Counted from the first letter of the stretch, positions 17,802 through 28,212 are shown. The stretch is 64,000 bases of DNA from a bacterium (GCA_022839105.1 JALHDH010000022.1:1405-65404); one strand, 5' to 3'. The notes: generated from the letters alone by a model not told the origin. Numbers and translations: made by a program.

Positions 17802-19004
17802 TTGAGGGGGATCGGGGTCTATCTCCATCTGCCCTTCTGTCGGCGTCGTTGCGCCTATTGCGACTTCAACGCCTGGCAGGATCCCGGCGAAGGGGTCCGA
17901 CGCGCCTACCACGGGGCGCTCCTGGCCGACCTGCGTCAGCAGGCCTCCGACCCGGCCCCTCGGGTCGGCTCGATCTTCTTCGGGGGCGGGACGCCGAGCC
18001 TGGCCCCCCCATCCTGGATCTCCGAGCTGCTCGAGGTCTGCCGCGAGGTCTTCGAGGTGGTTCCGGGGGTCGAGATCACCCTGGAGGCCAACCCCGGGAC
18101 CCTGGACCCCGGCAACCTGGAACGCCTGAGGGAGGCCGGGGTCAACCGACTCTCGTTCGGCGTCCAGGCCCTCGAGGACCGGCTCCTGGCGCGGATCGGC
18201 AGGATCCACTCCGCCCGGGAGGCGCTTGACGCCCTGGAACAGGCCCGACGGGCCGGTTTTGAGAATCTCTCGCTGGACCTGATCTATGGTCTTCCCGGTC
18301 AGACCCCGGCAGACTGGCAGGCCACCCTGGACCGGGCCCTGGAGGCGCAGCCCCAGCACCTCTCGGCCTACGCCTTGAGCCTCGAGGAGGGGACTCCCCT
18401 GGAAGCCTCGGTTCGGCGCGGAGAGCTCTGCCTGCCCGACCAGGATGCCGTGGCCGACATGGAGAGCCTCCTGCGCCGGACCATGAGGGGGCGCGGCTTC
18501 CGGCAGTATGAGATCTCCAATTGGAGCCTCCCGGGGCGGGAGTGCCGCCACAACATGGTCTACTGGGCCAATCGGGAATACCTGGGGCTGGGCTGCGGAG
18601 CGGTCTCCTATCTCTCGGGTTGGCGGACCCGGCGCCTGGAGACCCCCGAGCAGTACGTCCAGGCCCTGCGCCAGGGGAGGAGCCCTCTCTTCGAGGCGGA
18701 ACGCCTGGGAACCGAGAGCGCCCTGAAGGAGACATTGATCCTGGCCCTGCGCACCCGCTGGGGGGCGGACCTGGCCCGCGTGGCCCGACGCTTCGCCGTC
18801 CCGCAAGGTCGGTTGGAGGAGGCCTTCGACGGGCTTCCCGAGGCCCTGGTCCGCCGCTCCGCCTCCAGGGTCCGCCTGACCTCCCGAGGCCGCGATCTCG
18901 CCAACGAGGTCTTCCTCGGCCTGCTCGGCACGCCGCTGACGCTGCCCCCCCCCGGAGAGCAGGCCCTGCCGTCGGGCCCGAGTCCACAGGCCCCCATTTC
19001 TTGA
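17802..19004 (+). CDS. hemW: Radical SAM heme chaperone HemW
   Basis: YLHLPFCRRRCAYCDF, GGGTPS, YEISNW, HNMVYW; sits before hrcA. Confidence 0.93.
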   Translation: MRGIGVYLHLPFCRRRCAYCDFNAWQDPGEGVRRAYHGALLADLRQQASDPAPRVGSIFFGGGTPSLAPPSWISELLEVCREVFEVVPGVEITLEANPGTLDPGNLERLREAGVNRLSFGVQALEDRLLARIGRIHSAREALDALEQARRAGFENLSLDLIYGLPGQTPADWQATLDRALEAQPQHLSAYALSLEEGTPLEASVRRGELCLPDQDAVADMESLLRRTMRGRGFRQYEISNWSLPGRECRHNMVYWANREYLGLGCGAVSYLSGWRTRRLETPEQYVQALRQGRSPLFEAERLGTESALKETLILALRTRWGADLARVARRFAVPQGRLEEAFDGLPEALVRRSASRVRLTSRGRDLANEVFLGLLGTPLTLPPPGEQALPSGPSPQAPIS

Positions 19005-19027
19005 CAGTCTCCGAGGTCGAGTGCTAA
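19001..19027 (+). promoter_or_regulatory. CIRCE element (HrcA operator) overlapping a TTGACA -35
   Basis: TTGACAGTC-N9-GAGTGCTAA versus consensus TTAGCACTC-N9-GAGTGCTAA; directly upstream of hrcA. Confidence 0.88.
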
Positions 19028-19088
19028 CGTCCATTGGGGCGCCATGGCAGACCAGCCCGGATGTGGCCGGCTTCCTGGCGACAAGAGG

Positions 19089-20129
19089 ATGATCAACGTG
19101 GCACTGGACCCCAGGCAGGAACAGGTTCTCCTGGCAGTGGTTCGGGAGTATATCCGGACCGCTCAGCCCGTCAGTTCCTCCCATCTGGTCGAGCAGTACG
19201 GCTTGAGCTGCAGCTCTGCGACCGTCCGGAACGTGATGGCCCGCCTCGAGGAGCTGGGCTTCCTGGGGCAGCCTCACACTTCGGCGGGAAGGGTCCCGCA
19301 GGATCCGGCCTACCGTTACTACGTCGACCGTCTGGTCGAATCGGGGATCGCGACTCCTCCCGAGGCTCCGGTGATTCGGGACGAGGTCGTGGGGGCCCAG
19401 GCCGCGCTCGAGAGCCTGATGGAGCAGGCCAGCCGCCTGCTCACCCAGACCACGCGTCACACCTCGTTGATCCTGGCCCCCCGTCTGCGCCGGAGCTTCT
19501 TCCGTTACCTGCAACTGGTTCCCCTGGGGCCCCGGCGACTGCTCTTCGTCCTGCTGACCAAGACCGGATCGGTGGTCGAGAAGATCCTGGAATTGTCGTT
19601 GCCGGTGCCCCCGGACCTGCTCGAGGGAATGACCGAGGCCCTGAATCGCCGCCTGCGAGGGGTGCCCCTGGTGGAGATCTCCCAGGAGATGCTGGGAGAG
19701 ATGCGCTCGGATGTCGATCCGCAGATCCTCCAGGGGCTGACCCTGGCTGCTCGCGACGACTCCCTGGAGTCCGGCGCCCGTCTCGTCCTGGGGGGGACCA
19801 GCCGCCTGCTGGACCAGCCCGAATTCCGGGACGTCGAGCGCCTGCGCACGATCCTGAAGGTTCTCGAGCAGGAGGAGATCCTGGCCGAGGTCCTGACCAA
19901 GACCCTCGAGACCCCCGGCTTCCGCATCTGGATCGGCCAGGAAAATGAACTGGTCGAGATGAGCGGCTGCAGCCTCCTGGCCGTCTCCTACTCCTTGCGG
20001 GGAGAACCGGTCGGAACCTTGGGCCTGCTGGGTCCGACCCGCATGCCCTACGATCGGATGCTGGCCATCCTGAACTGCGTCGCCCAGTCGGTGAGCCAGA
20101 GGTTGGAGAGGTTGGGGACCTTGGTCTGA
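19089..20129 (+). CDS. hrcA: Heat-inducible transcription repressor HrcA
   Basis: SSATVRNVMARLEELGFLGQPHTSAGRVP and LGPTRMPY motifs. Confidence 0.97.
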   Translation: MINVALDPRQEQVLLAVVREYIRTAQPVSSSHLVEQYGLSCSSATVRNVMARLEELGFLGQPHTSAGRVPQDPAYRYYVDRLVESGIATPPEAPVIRDEVVGAQAALESLMEQASRLLTQTTRHTSLILAPRLRRSFFRYLQLVPLGPRRLLFVLLTKTGSVVEKILELSLPVPPDLLEGMTEALNRRLRGVPLVEISQEMLGEMRSDVDPQILQGLTLAARDDSLESGARLVLGGTSRLLDQPEFRDVERLRTILKVLEQEEILAEVLTKTLETPGFRIWIGQENELVEMSGCSLLAVSYSLRGEPVGTLGLLGPTRMPYDRMLAILNCVAQSVSQRLERLGTLV

Positions 20130-20297
20130 ACCTTCGGTCTTCGCCTGGTCCGGGCGTTTCCTCGCCCGTTGCTGCCCTCAAGGGCACACCCTGGCCTTTC
20201 CGGCCGTGAAGGAAGCCTCCTGCGTCGCAGGGGCCTTGTCGGCCTTTCCCGAAGGAGCCTCCCGGGTGGGCAGAATCTGGCCAGGAAGGGCGACGTC

Positions 20298-21800
20298 ATG
20301 GCGGAGAAGAAGCGGTTGGAGAGCACGGCCGCGGGGCGACCCAAGCCCCGGCCCCCCTCGTGGTTCAAGCCGGAGAAGTCGGGGGAGGTCCCCGCCGCGG
20401 AATCCCCCCAGGCGCCTGCCGAGCCGGCGCCGACAGCCCCGACTCCCCCCGTTCCGGGGGAGATATCCGCCCTTCCGGCGCCTTCAGGCGAGACCCTGCT
20501 GGGGCCTCCTCCCGCCTCCGAGACCGAGGTGCTGGATTTCCTCGAAGCCCCCGTCCCCCCCACGGAGCCGGAACCTCCCGCGGCCCCGGTGGCTTCCCCT
20601 CCGGCAGATTCTTCCTCGGATTGGGAGCGCGCGCGCCTTCCCGAACCCTCCTCTTCGGGGGCCTTGCCCAGGAGGACCATGCCTGAGGAAGGGTCGGGGG
20701 CGGACTCCGACCAGGACGATCGCCTGGGCGCCGAGATCGAACAACTCGACTCCATCGTCTCGCAGGTCGAATGCCTGGCCTACCTCAAACCCCGATTGGC
20801 CCGGATCCGCCAGGAGGGGTGCTCCTCGCGGGACATCACCGGGCTCTACCGCATCGTGTCCCAGGCGATGCTGGAACTGATGTTCAAGCAGGTCGAGTCG
20901 GTCGAGGCGATGCGCTCGGAGTTCCACAAGAAGCTCCGAGAAGAACAAGAGGCCCTGCTCTTTGCGGCCTCTTCGGATCTGGTGGCTTCGGCGATGGGCC
21001 GGAAGGCTCGGGAGGCCCCGCCGCCACAGCAGCCTCCGCCGCCCCCTTCGGCCCACGAACAGGCCCAGACCGCGGTCCTGCGCAAGCAGCTCGAGATCAA
21101 GGACGAGTTGCTTCTCGAGGCCCAGGAGCGTTACGACAAGCTGGTCCGAGATGTGCAGAACATCCGTTCGCGCCAGGAGAAGGACCTGGAACTCCAGCTT
21201 CAGAGGGCGCGTGAATCCTTGTTCCGCAAGCTGCTTCCCGTCTTGGACAGCTTCGACGGGGCCCTGGAGGCCGAGGATCGCTTCTCGGATGTCCAGGGCG
21301 TCATCCAGGGCCTGCAGGGCATCCGTCGCCAGTTGTTGGATTCCTGCGAGTCCGAAGGCCTGCAGTCCATCGAAGCGGTCGGGGAACCCTTTGACCCGAA
21401 CTTCCACGAGGCCATGGGCCACGTGGAAACCGGGGAGATTCCCGAGGACCACGTCTTCGACCAGATCCGGCGGGGCTACCTCTTGGGAGAAAAACTGCTG
21501 CGCGCCTCCATGGTTCGCCTGGCGCGCCATCCCGGGCAGGAGGGGGCGGCCGCACCCGGCAAGCCGGAGGAGGCCCGGGTGGAGCCCGCTCCGGTCCTGG
21601 AACCGGCCGCTTCGGATCCCTGCGTTCAGGTGGATTGCGAATCGGCCCTGGCCGGAGCGGCTCCCGAATCCCCCCCGGTGATCTCGGTCCCGGACGAGGT
21701 CTCCGAATTGCCCGGCGAATCCGCTTCGCCCTCCTGGCGACCGCCCGAGGAAGTCCAGTCGGACCCGGAGGCAGCTTCGGAGGGAGCGACCGCGGACTGA
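20298..21800 (+). CDS. grpE: Nucleotide exchange factor GrpE with long N- and C-terminal extensions (500 aa)
   Basis: LLPVLDSF, GEPFDPNFHEAM, RGYLLGEKLLRASMV; between hrcA and dnaK. Confidence 0.9.
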   Translation: MAEKKRLESTAAGRPKPRPPSWFKPEKSGEVPAAESPQAPAEPAPTAPTPPVPGEISALPAPSGETLLGPPPASETEVLDFLEAPVPPTEPEPPAAPVASPPADSSSDWERARLPEPSSSGALPRRTMPEEGSGADSDQDDRLGAEIEQLDSIVSQVECLAYLKPRLARIRQEGCSSRDITGLYRIVSQAMLELMFKQVESVEAMRSEFHKKLREEQEALLFAASSDLVASAMGRKAREAPPPQQPPPPPSAHEQAQTAVLRKQLEIKDELLLEAQERYDKLVRDVQNIRSRQEKDLELQLQRARESLFRKLLPVLDSFDGALEAEDRFSDVQGVIQGLQGIRRQLLDSCESEGLQSIEAVGEPFDPNFHEAMGHVETGEIPEDHVFDQIRRGYLLGEKLLRASMVRLARHPGQEGAAAPGKPEEARVEPAPVLEPAASDPCVQVDCESALAGAAPESPPVISVPDEVSELPGESASPSWRPPEEVQSDPEAASEGATAD

Positions 21801-21949
21801 ACTGACGATTTCCTCGTCGTGAAGCGCGAGGAACCCGAGTCGGCCAGGGCGAACCAGAAGGCCAACGCAATCACAAATGGGTCTGGCCCACCTCGCCCTG
21901 GCAGCGGGTCTCCCTGAGGGTAGCTTGATTCTGGAGGATACAGAACGAC

Positions 21950-23791
21950 ATGACAGGCAAGATCGTCGGGATCGACCTCGGAACCACCAACTCGGTCGTC
22001 TCGATCGTCGAGGGTGGCGCGCCCATCGTGATCCCCAGCGCGGAGGGGGATTATCTGTTCCCCTCGGTGGTCGGTTTCTCCAAGTCGGGAGAGCGCCTGG
22101 TCGGCTCGGTGGCCAAACGGCAGGCCATCTCCAACCCGGAGCGGACCGTGATTTCCATCAAGCGGAACATGGGGACCGACCAGCGGACCCAGATCGATGA
22201 TCGGCAGTACACCCCCCAGGAAATCTCGGCGATGATCCTGCAGAAGATCAAGGCGGACGCCGAGGCCTACCTGGGTTTCCCGATCGAGAAGGCGGTTCTC
22301 ACCGTTCCGGCCTACTTCTCCGATTCGGAGAGGCAGGCCACCAAGGATGCAGGCACCATCGCCGGGATGGAGGTCCTGCGGATCATCAACGAGCCGACGG
22401 CCTCGTGTCTGGCCTACGGCCTGGAGAAGGTGGACACCAACGAGACCGTCCTGGTCTGGGACCTTGGAGGCGGCACCTTCGACGTGTCGATCGTCGAGTT
22501 GGGTGGCGGACTGGTCGAGGTCAAGTCGACGGCCGGCAACTCCAGGCTGGGTGGCGATGACTGGGACCAGAGGGTCATGGACTGGCTGGTCGACGAGTTC
22601 AAGAAGATGCACGGTCTGGATCTGCGTTCGGATCGTCTGGCCATGCAGCGCCTGAAGGAGGCCTCCGAGAACGCCAAGATCCAGCTCTCCACCGAGACCA
22701 GCACGCGCATCAACCTGCCCTTCATCGCCGCGGACGCCTCCGGCCCCAAGCATCTCGACGTCGAGTTGACTCGCGCCCGCTTCCAGGAACTCACCGCGGA
22801 CCTGGTCGAGAAGTGCGTCGAGCCCGCGATGCGGGCGCTGGAGGATTCGGGGCTGAGGATCCAGGAGATTCACAAGGTCCTGCTGGTCGGCGGTTCGACC
22901 CGGATGCCGGCCATCCAGGACAAGGTCCGCAGTCTCTTCGGCCGCGAGCCCTCCCGCGAGATCGATCCCGACAAGGTGGTGGCCATGGGGGCCGCCATCC
23001 AGGGGGCGGTCCTGGCCGGCGAGGTCAAGGACATGGTCCTGCTCGACGTCACCTCCCTCTCGCTGGGAATCGAGACGGTCGGCGGGGTCTTCACCAAGCT
23101 GATCGAGCGCAATACCCACATCCCCTGCTCCAAGACCCGGATCTTCACCACTGCGGCCGACGGCCAGACGGTGGTCGAGGTGCATGTCCTGCAGGGCGAG
23201 CGCGAACTCGCGGCCCACAACAAATCCCTGGGCCGTTTCGAGCTGCGCAACATTCCGCCGGCGCCGCGCGGGGTCCCCCAGATCGAGGTGACCTTCGATA
23301 TCGACGCCAACGGCATCGTGAACGTCTCGGCCAAGGACATGGCCACCGGGAACAAGCAGAAGATCACCATCCAGTCCCCCACCAACCTGACCAAGGACGA
23401 GATCGACCACATGGTCAAGGAGGCGGCCATCTACGCCGAGGAGGATGGAAAGCGTCGCGAAGAGGCCACGATCCGCAACAAGGCCAATATCGAACTGGAT
23501 ACGGCCGAACGCACCATGCGGGACCTCGGGGAGCAGATTCCGGTCGAGCATCAGCGCAAACTGCGGGATGCCATCGATCGCCTCAGGATGTCGCTGCAGA
23601 CCTACGAGCTGCAGAAGATCAGCCAGGATACCAAGGTGCTCCAGGACCAGCTCTTCGCCGTCTCGACCGACGCCTACTACTCGCTGGAGACCGGCAAGTC
23701 GGCCGGGTCCAAGCCAGGGGGGGCGGCCTCGGTCAAGTCCAGCGTCGACGAGCCGGCCGAGGAAGACCTCTTCGGCTGGTTCAAGAAGTAG
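21950..23791 (+). CDS. dnaK: Chaperone DnaK (Hsp70), divergent
   Basis: [39 protein letters not shown]. Confidence 0.97.
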   Translation: MTGKIVGIDLGTTNSVVSIVEGGAPIVIPSAEGDYLFPSVVGFSKSGERLVGSVAKRQAISNPERTVISIKRNMGTDQRTQIDDRQYTPQEISAMILQKIKADAEAYLGFPIEKAVLTVPAYFSDSERQATKDAGTIAGMEVLRIINEPTASCLAYGLEKVDTNETVLVWDLGGGTFDVSIVELGGGLVEVKSTAGNSRLGGDDWDQRVMDWLVDEFKKMHGLDLRSDRLAMQRLKEASENAKIQLSTETSTRINLPFIAADASGPKHLDVELTRARFQELTADLVEKCVEPAMRALEDSGLRIQEIHKVLLVGGSTRMPAIQDKVRSLFGREPSREIDPDKVVAMGAAIQGAVLAGEVKDMVLLDVTSLSLGIETVGGVFTKLIERNTHIPCSKTRIFTTAADGQTVVEVHVLQGERELAAHNKSLGRFELRNIPPAPRGVPQIEVTFDIDANGIVNVSAKDMATGNKQKITIQSPTNLTKDEIDHMVKEAAIYAEEDGKRREEATIRNKANIELDTAERTMRDLGEQIPVEHQRKLRDAIDRLRMSLQTYELQKISQDTKVLQDQLFAVSTDAYYSLETGKSAGSKPGGAASVKSSVDEPAEEDLFGWFKK

Positions 23792-23930
23792 CCGGGCTCC
23801 GCAACGGCGGGCCGGCATTCGGGGCCTGACCCTGCCCGGGTCGGGCCCCGTCGCGTCCGCTCCGCCGAACCCAGAACCCCTCGGCGGCCGAATGCCACGG
23901 TAGGTGGCGGATTCAGGGGGCCCTCTGGAG

Positions 23931-23959
23931 TTGATCGGGGCGGGTCCCGGGGGTATGAT
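23931..23959 (+). promoter_or_regulatory. Possible internal sigma70 promoter for dnaJ-prmA-rsmE
   Basis: TTGATC-17 nt-TATGAT. Confidence 0.55.
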
Positions 23960-24039
23960 GGGGACGTTTTCTAGAAGCCTGGAACAGCGCCCTGAGCTAC
24001 AATGAAGGCGGTTCCAGGGAGGAGATTCCCCTCTTGAGC

Positions 24040-25176
24040 ATGGCCCAGATGGATTATTACCAGATCCTGGGCGTCCCCCGGGACGCCAGCCTCAACGACA
24101 TCAAGAAGGCCTACAAGCGCCTGGCCCGGCAGTATCACCCCGATGTGGCCGAGGACAAGCAGGAGGCTGAGCGTCGCTTTGGCGAGATCAACGAGGCCTA
24201 TTCGCTCCTCAGCGACGAGCAGAAGAGAGCCTACTACGACCGTTTCGGGCACGCCCCGAACCAGAATGCCGGGATGGGAGCCTCCGACATGGGGGGGTTC
24301 GGCTTCCCGTTCGGAGATCTCTTCGAGACCCTCTTCGATCTCGGGGGTGGGGGAGGAGGCCGAGGACGCGCCGCGCATCGCCCCACCCGGGGCCGGGACC
24401 TGCGGGTCGGCGTCCGCGTGACCCTCGAGGAGGCCTGCACCGGAGCCCGGCGGGACGTCGCCTACCAGGTGGAGGAGACCTGCCTGAACTGCCAGGGCCG
24501 GTGCACCACCGAGCCGGACGGTGTGCAGACGTGCAAGACCTGCCAGGGAGCAGGCCAGGTCCAACGGGTCGTCAATATCGGATTCGGCAGCCTGACCCAG
24601 GTGGGGCCCTGCCCCGACTGCCGCGGGCAGGGACGTACCCTGACCAGGCCGTGTCCCGAGTGTCGGGGGCGCGGGGTGGTGAAGACCCGCAAGACCTTGG
24701 AGGTCGCGATTCCCCCAGGCGTGGACAACGGGCTCTCGCTCCGCATCGCCGGCAAGGGGGAGCCGGGTCAGTCCGGCGGGCCTCCCGGGAACCTGCTCGT
24801 CAGCATCGAGGTCGAGCCCCATCCGGCCTTCGAGCGCCAGGGGGATGACCTGATCCACCGCCATCGGGTGACCTTCACCGAGGCAGCCCTGGGAGCCCGG
24901 GTTCCCGTCAACCAGTTGGTCGGGGATCCCGAGCCGATGAAGGTGCCCGCGGGGACCCAGAGCGGGACCACCTTCCGCATGAAGGGCAAGGGGATGCCCC
25001 GAATCGGCGGTTCAGGCCACGGCGACCTGCACGTCGTGCTTGAAGTCATGGTTCCCACGCACCTCAACTCCCGGCAGAAGGAGCTGCTCAAGCAGTTCGC
25101 CGAGGCCGGCTCGCAGGAGGCCGAGGAGGGGAGCGGTGGATTCTTCGGGAGGATTCGCGATGCCATCTTCGGTTGA
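24040..25176 (+). CDS. dnaJ: Chaperone DnaJ (class A)
   Basis: J-domain HPD, G/F region, four CxxCxG zinc repeats; start 24034 or 24040. Confidence 0.97.
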   Translation: MAQMDYYQILGVPRDASLNDIKKAYKRLARQYHPDVAEDKQEAERRFGEINEAYSLLSDEQKRAYYDRFGHAPNQNAGMGASDMGGFGFPFGDLFETLFDLGGGGGGRGRAAHRPTRGRDLRVGVRVTLEEACTGARRDVAYQVEETCLNCQGRCTTEPDGVQTCKTCQGAGQVQRVVNIGFGSLTQVGPCPDCRGQGRTLTRPCPECRGRGVVKTRKTLEVAIPPGVDNGLSLRIAGKGEPGQSGGPPGNLLVSIEVEPHPAFERQGDDLIHRHRVTFTEAALGARVPVNQLVGDPEPMKVPAGTQSGTTFRMKGKGMPRIGGSGHGDLHVVLEVMVPTHLNSRQKELLKQFAEAGSQEAEEGSGGFFGRIRDAIFG

Positions 25177-26032
25177 ACCGGTGCCGGGTGACTGGTTGGA
25201 GGTCGAGTTGGAGGCCGATCCGGCCCTGGCTTCAGAGCTGGATGTCCTTCTGACCCGTCGCGACCTGGGCGGATGGGTGGTCGAGTCCGAAGAGCCGACC
25301 TTGAAATGGGTCTTCTACGTGCCTTGCGAGTCCGGCTGGCAGGAGAGGTTGGGCTCGTTGGGGGTCTCGCTGCGCGAGGCCGGGGCCCGGATGGTGGTTC
25401 GCCGTTCCGTGGCCGACGAGGACTGGGCCGAGTGCTGGAAGCAGTTCTATCATCCCCGGCGCATCGGGAAGACCCTGGTGATCTGCCCCTCCTGGGAGCG
25501 TCATGAACCCGCTCCGGGGGAGAGGATGCTGATCCTGGATCCCGGCATGGCCTTCGGAACCGGCTACCACGCGAGCACGGCCCTGTGCATGGAGCTTCTC
25601 GAAGAGCACCTTCTCGCCGGCAGCGCTGCAAGAGTCCTGGACGTGGGCATCGGCTCGGGGATCCTCTCCCTCTCGGCCCTTCTTCTGGGAGGCGGGCGGG
25701 TCCTGGGGGTCGACCACGATCCGGTGGCCGTCCGGGTGGCCCGAGAGAACCTGGAACTCAATGGACTGGGCGACCGCGCCGAGGTCCTTCACTTCGAAGG
25801 GGTCCCGGAAGGTCGATTCGACCTGGTCCTGGCCAACCTGGTGGCTCAGGTGCTGGTGGATCTGGCGGGCGAGCTCGCGGGGGCCGTGGCCCGCGGAGGC
25901 CGCCTGGTGGCCGGAGGCATCGTGGAGGAGCGCCGCGACGAGGTCGTTCGCGCCTTCCAGGCCCACGGTCTGGAACTGGAGGCGGAGCTCGAGCGGGAGG
26001 CCTGGGTCGGACTGCGCCTGCGCCAGCCTTGA
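25160..26032 (+). CDS. prmA: Ribosomal protein L11 methyltransferase
   Basis: [38 protein letters not shown]. Confidence 0.95.
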   Translation: MPSSVEPVPGDWLEVELEADPALASELDVLLTRRDLGGWVVESEEPTLKWVFYVPCESGWQERLGSLGVSLREAGARMVVRRSVADEDWAECWKQFYHPRRIGKTLVICPSWERHEPAPGERMLILDPGMAFGTGYHASTALCMELLEEHLLAGSAARVLDVGIGSGILSLSALLLGGGRVLGVDHDPVAVRVARENLELNGLGDRAEVLHFEGVPEGRFDLVLANLVAQVLVDLAGELAGAVARGGRLVAGGIVEERRDEVVRAFQAHGLELEAELEREAWVGLRLRQP

Positions 26033-26712
26033 GGCGGCCTCGGGTCCACTGCTCCTGGGACTCCTCCGAGCTCCTTCTGGATGAGGAGTCGGCCCATCAC
26101 CTGGTCCGGGTCCTGCGCCTGAAGCCAGGTCAGGAGTTCCTGGCTTTCGACGGGAAGGGCCAGGAGGCCCGGGTGCGGATCACTCAGGTGCGGCCCCAGG
26201 TTCGGGGCGAGGTCCTGGAGGTCTGCACGCCTGGGGTGGAGCCCGCGATCCGCTTGACGTTGTACCTGGCCCTGGTCAAGGGGGAGCGTTTCGACTGGGC
26301 GGTCGAGAAGGCAACCGAACTGGGGGTCTCGAGCCTGGTGCCCTTGATCACCTCCCGGACCGAGGTCCGGCATCCGGGAGAGGAAAGACGGGTCCGCTGG
26401 CAGCGGCTGGCGGTCGCGGCCGCCGCTCAGTCGGGTCGGGTCCGGATACCCCGGATCGAGCCGCCCCTGGATTTTGCCAGGGCCCTGGAGGAGGCCGCCG
26501 ATTTCGAGCAGGCCTTCCTCCTGGCGCCCGGGGGCACCCCCCTGGAGGGCCCTTGGGCCGCTCGGGTCGCCTTGCTGATCGGCCCGGAGGGAGGGTTCTC
26601 CGGCGAGGAGGTCGTGCAGGCCCGTGCCAGCGGTCTGGTCCTGGCTGGTCTGGGCCCCCGGATCCTGCGGGTGGAGACGGCTGCGCTGGCCGCCCTGGCG
26701 CGGATCCTCTGA
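26029..26712 (+). CDS. rsmE: 16S rRNA m3U1498 methyltransferase
   Basis: HHLVRVLRL, KATELGV, IGPEGGF, LGPRILRVETAA; TTG overlaps prmA stop. Confidence 0.95.
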   Translation: MRRPRVHCSWDSSELLLDEESAHHLVRVLRLKPGQEFLAFDGKGQEARVRITQVRPQVRGEVLEVCTPGVEPAIRLTLYLALVKGERFDWAVEKATELGVSSLVPLITSRTEVRHPGEERRVRWQRLAVAAAAQSGRVRIPRIEPPLDFARALEEAADFEQAFLLAPGGTPLEGPWAARVALLIGPEGGFSGEEVVQARASGLVLAGLGPRILRVETAALAALARIL

Positions 26713-26850
26713 GAGTTCATCTGGCTTCTGGAACAGACCCGGGACCTTCTGCCCGAGGCCGCCGCCGACGCGGGGGGCCTTCCCTCGGGTGCTATCATGT
26801 CAGCATGGGGCCTGTGCCTCGCCGGGCCCGGTCTTTCGGGAGGTGCTGTC

Positions 26851-27780
26851 ATGAATCGGAGGTGGGCCCGGCAAATCGGTTCATTCCTGGCCCTGGTCGC
26901 GGTCCTGCTGGCCGCGGCGGCCTGGAGCCTTCTGTTGATGGGGCGGGCTCCGGCCCGTCTCTACATCGCCTGCACCGGGCAGAATCGGGTGGCCCTGGTC
27001 GATCCCGTCCGTCACGAGGTGCTCGGCCACCTCCAGACCGATGCCGGCCCCGAGGAACTCCTGGTCGGGGGCGGAGGCTGGAGGCTCTACGTGGCCTGTC
27101 GCGAGGCCGGGACCGTCCAGGTCTTCGACACCGCGACCCGTCGGCTCCTGACCCGCTACATCATCGGCCGGGCGCCGGGAAACCTCAGCCTGGATGAGGA
27201 GCGTGGCATCCTGGAGGTGGCCAACGTCGAGCAGGGGCCCAATACCCTGCTGCACCTGCAGCCCGACCCGCTTCTGAGCTTCGTGCCCAGGACCGTGACC
27301 TCTCCGGTCGTGGGCCTCATCGAGCGTGAACCCAGGCGCTTCAAAGGGGAGGTGGACGCCCGGATCGGCAGTCAGGTCGAGCTCGAGGATCGCGGTGTCT
27401 TCCTGGGGGTCGCCAGCGAGATTCCCGACGTGCTGGTGGCCGGAATCCAGGACCAGGTGGTCCGCCTGCGGATCCCCATCGGCCTGGGACCCAGCGAGAT
27501 CCTCTCCGGTCCCGGGAAGACCCGGGCCTTCATCTCGTTGCGCGGCGAGAACGCGGTCGCGGTGTTGGACCTGCAGACCCTGGACGTGTTGGCGCGCCTG
27601 CCGGTCGGTCAGGGGCCGACCCGGCTTCTGGCTCTGCCCGGGGAGGAGTTCCTCTACGTCATGAACACCGAAGGAAGCACCGTCTCGGTGATCCGCATGG
27701 AAGGGCCGGAGGTCTGCAAGACCCTGGAGGTCGGGGGAAATCCCCTGGGCGCGGTCCTCTGGAATCTGGCCTGGCGCTGA
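26851..27780 (+). CDS. YncE/YVTN-type beta-propeller protein, membrane-anchored or exported
   Basis: N-terminal hydrophobic helix; repeated LYV...GTVxV.D...VGxGP blades. Confidence 0.8.
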   Translation: MNRRWARQIGSFLALVAVLLAAAAWSLLLMGRAPARLYIACTGQNRVALVDPVRHEVLGHLQTDAGPEELLVGGGGWRLYVACREAGTVQVFDTATRRLLTRYIIGRAPGNLSLDEERGILEVANVEQGPNTLLHLQPDPLLSFVPRTVTSPVVGLIEREPRRFKGEVDARIGSQVELEDRGVFLGVASEIPDVLVAGIQDQVVRLRIPIGLGPSEILSGPGKTRAFISLRGENAVAVLDLQTLDVLARLPVGQGPTRLLALPGEEFLYVMNTEGSTVSVIRMEGPEVCKTLEVGGNPLGAVLWNLAWR

Positions 27781-27848
27781 AGGGCGGGTCGCCCTCTCCC
27801 CAGGAAGGGCCTCCGATTTCGGGCCTGAGGATTTCTTTTCCGGAACGC

Positions 27849-27878
27849 TTGACAGCCTCTCGGCACTGTGATTATAAT
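27849..27878 (+). promoter_or_regulatory. Sigma70 promoter of the tRNA operon
   Basis: TTGACA-18 nt-TATAAT. Confidence 0.88.
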
Positions 27879-27891
27879 TGCCAACGTCCGA

Positions 27892-27967
27892 GGGCGGATA
27901 GCTCAGTTGGCAGAGCACCTGCGTCACATGCAGGGGGTCACAGGTTCAAGTCCTGTTCCGCCCACCA
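27892..27967 (+). tRNA. tRNA-Val(CAC)
   Basis: GGGCGGA/TCCGCCC acceptor, CCTGC-GTCACAT-GCAGG anticodon arm, CCA end. Confidence 0.95.
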
Positions 27968-27995
27968 GTCTCGAAAGGGACGGACCGACACACAC

Positions 27996-28069
27996 GGGGG
28001 CGTGGCCTAGGGGTTAAGGGCGCCGGCCTGTCACGCCGGAGATCGCGGGTTCAAATCCCGTCGCTCCCG
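27996..28069 (+). tRNA. tRNA-Asp(GTC)
   Basis: GGGGGCG/CGCTCCC acceptor, CCGGC-CTGTCAC-GCCGG arm, G discriminator; followed by CCCA rather than CCA. Confidence 0.95.
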
Positions 28070-28077
28070 CCCAGAAG

Positions 28078-28113
28078 ACCTCTTGGGAAGCCGGAAACGG
28101 CTTCCCAAGAGGT
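28078..28113 (+). repeat. Perfect 16-bp hairpin with GAAA tetraloop in the tRNA spacer
   Basis: ACCTCTTGGGAAGCCG-GAAA-CGGCTTCCCAAGAGGT. Confidence 0.85.
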
Positions 28114-28136
28114 TCGTGTCGGACAAGAGGTTTCGA

Positions 28137-28212
28137 GCCGAGATAGCTCAGCTGGTAGAGCACGCGACTGAAAATTGCGGTGTCCCCAGTTCAAATCTGG
28201 GTCTCGGCACCA
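28137..28212 (+). tRNA. tRNA-Phe(GAA)
   Basis: GCCGAGA/TCTCGGC acceptor, CTGAAAA anticodon loop, CCA end. Confidence 0.97.
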
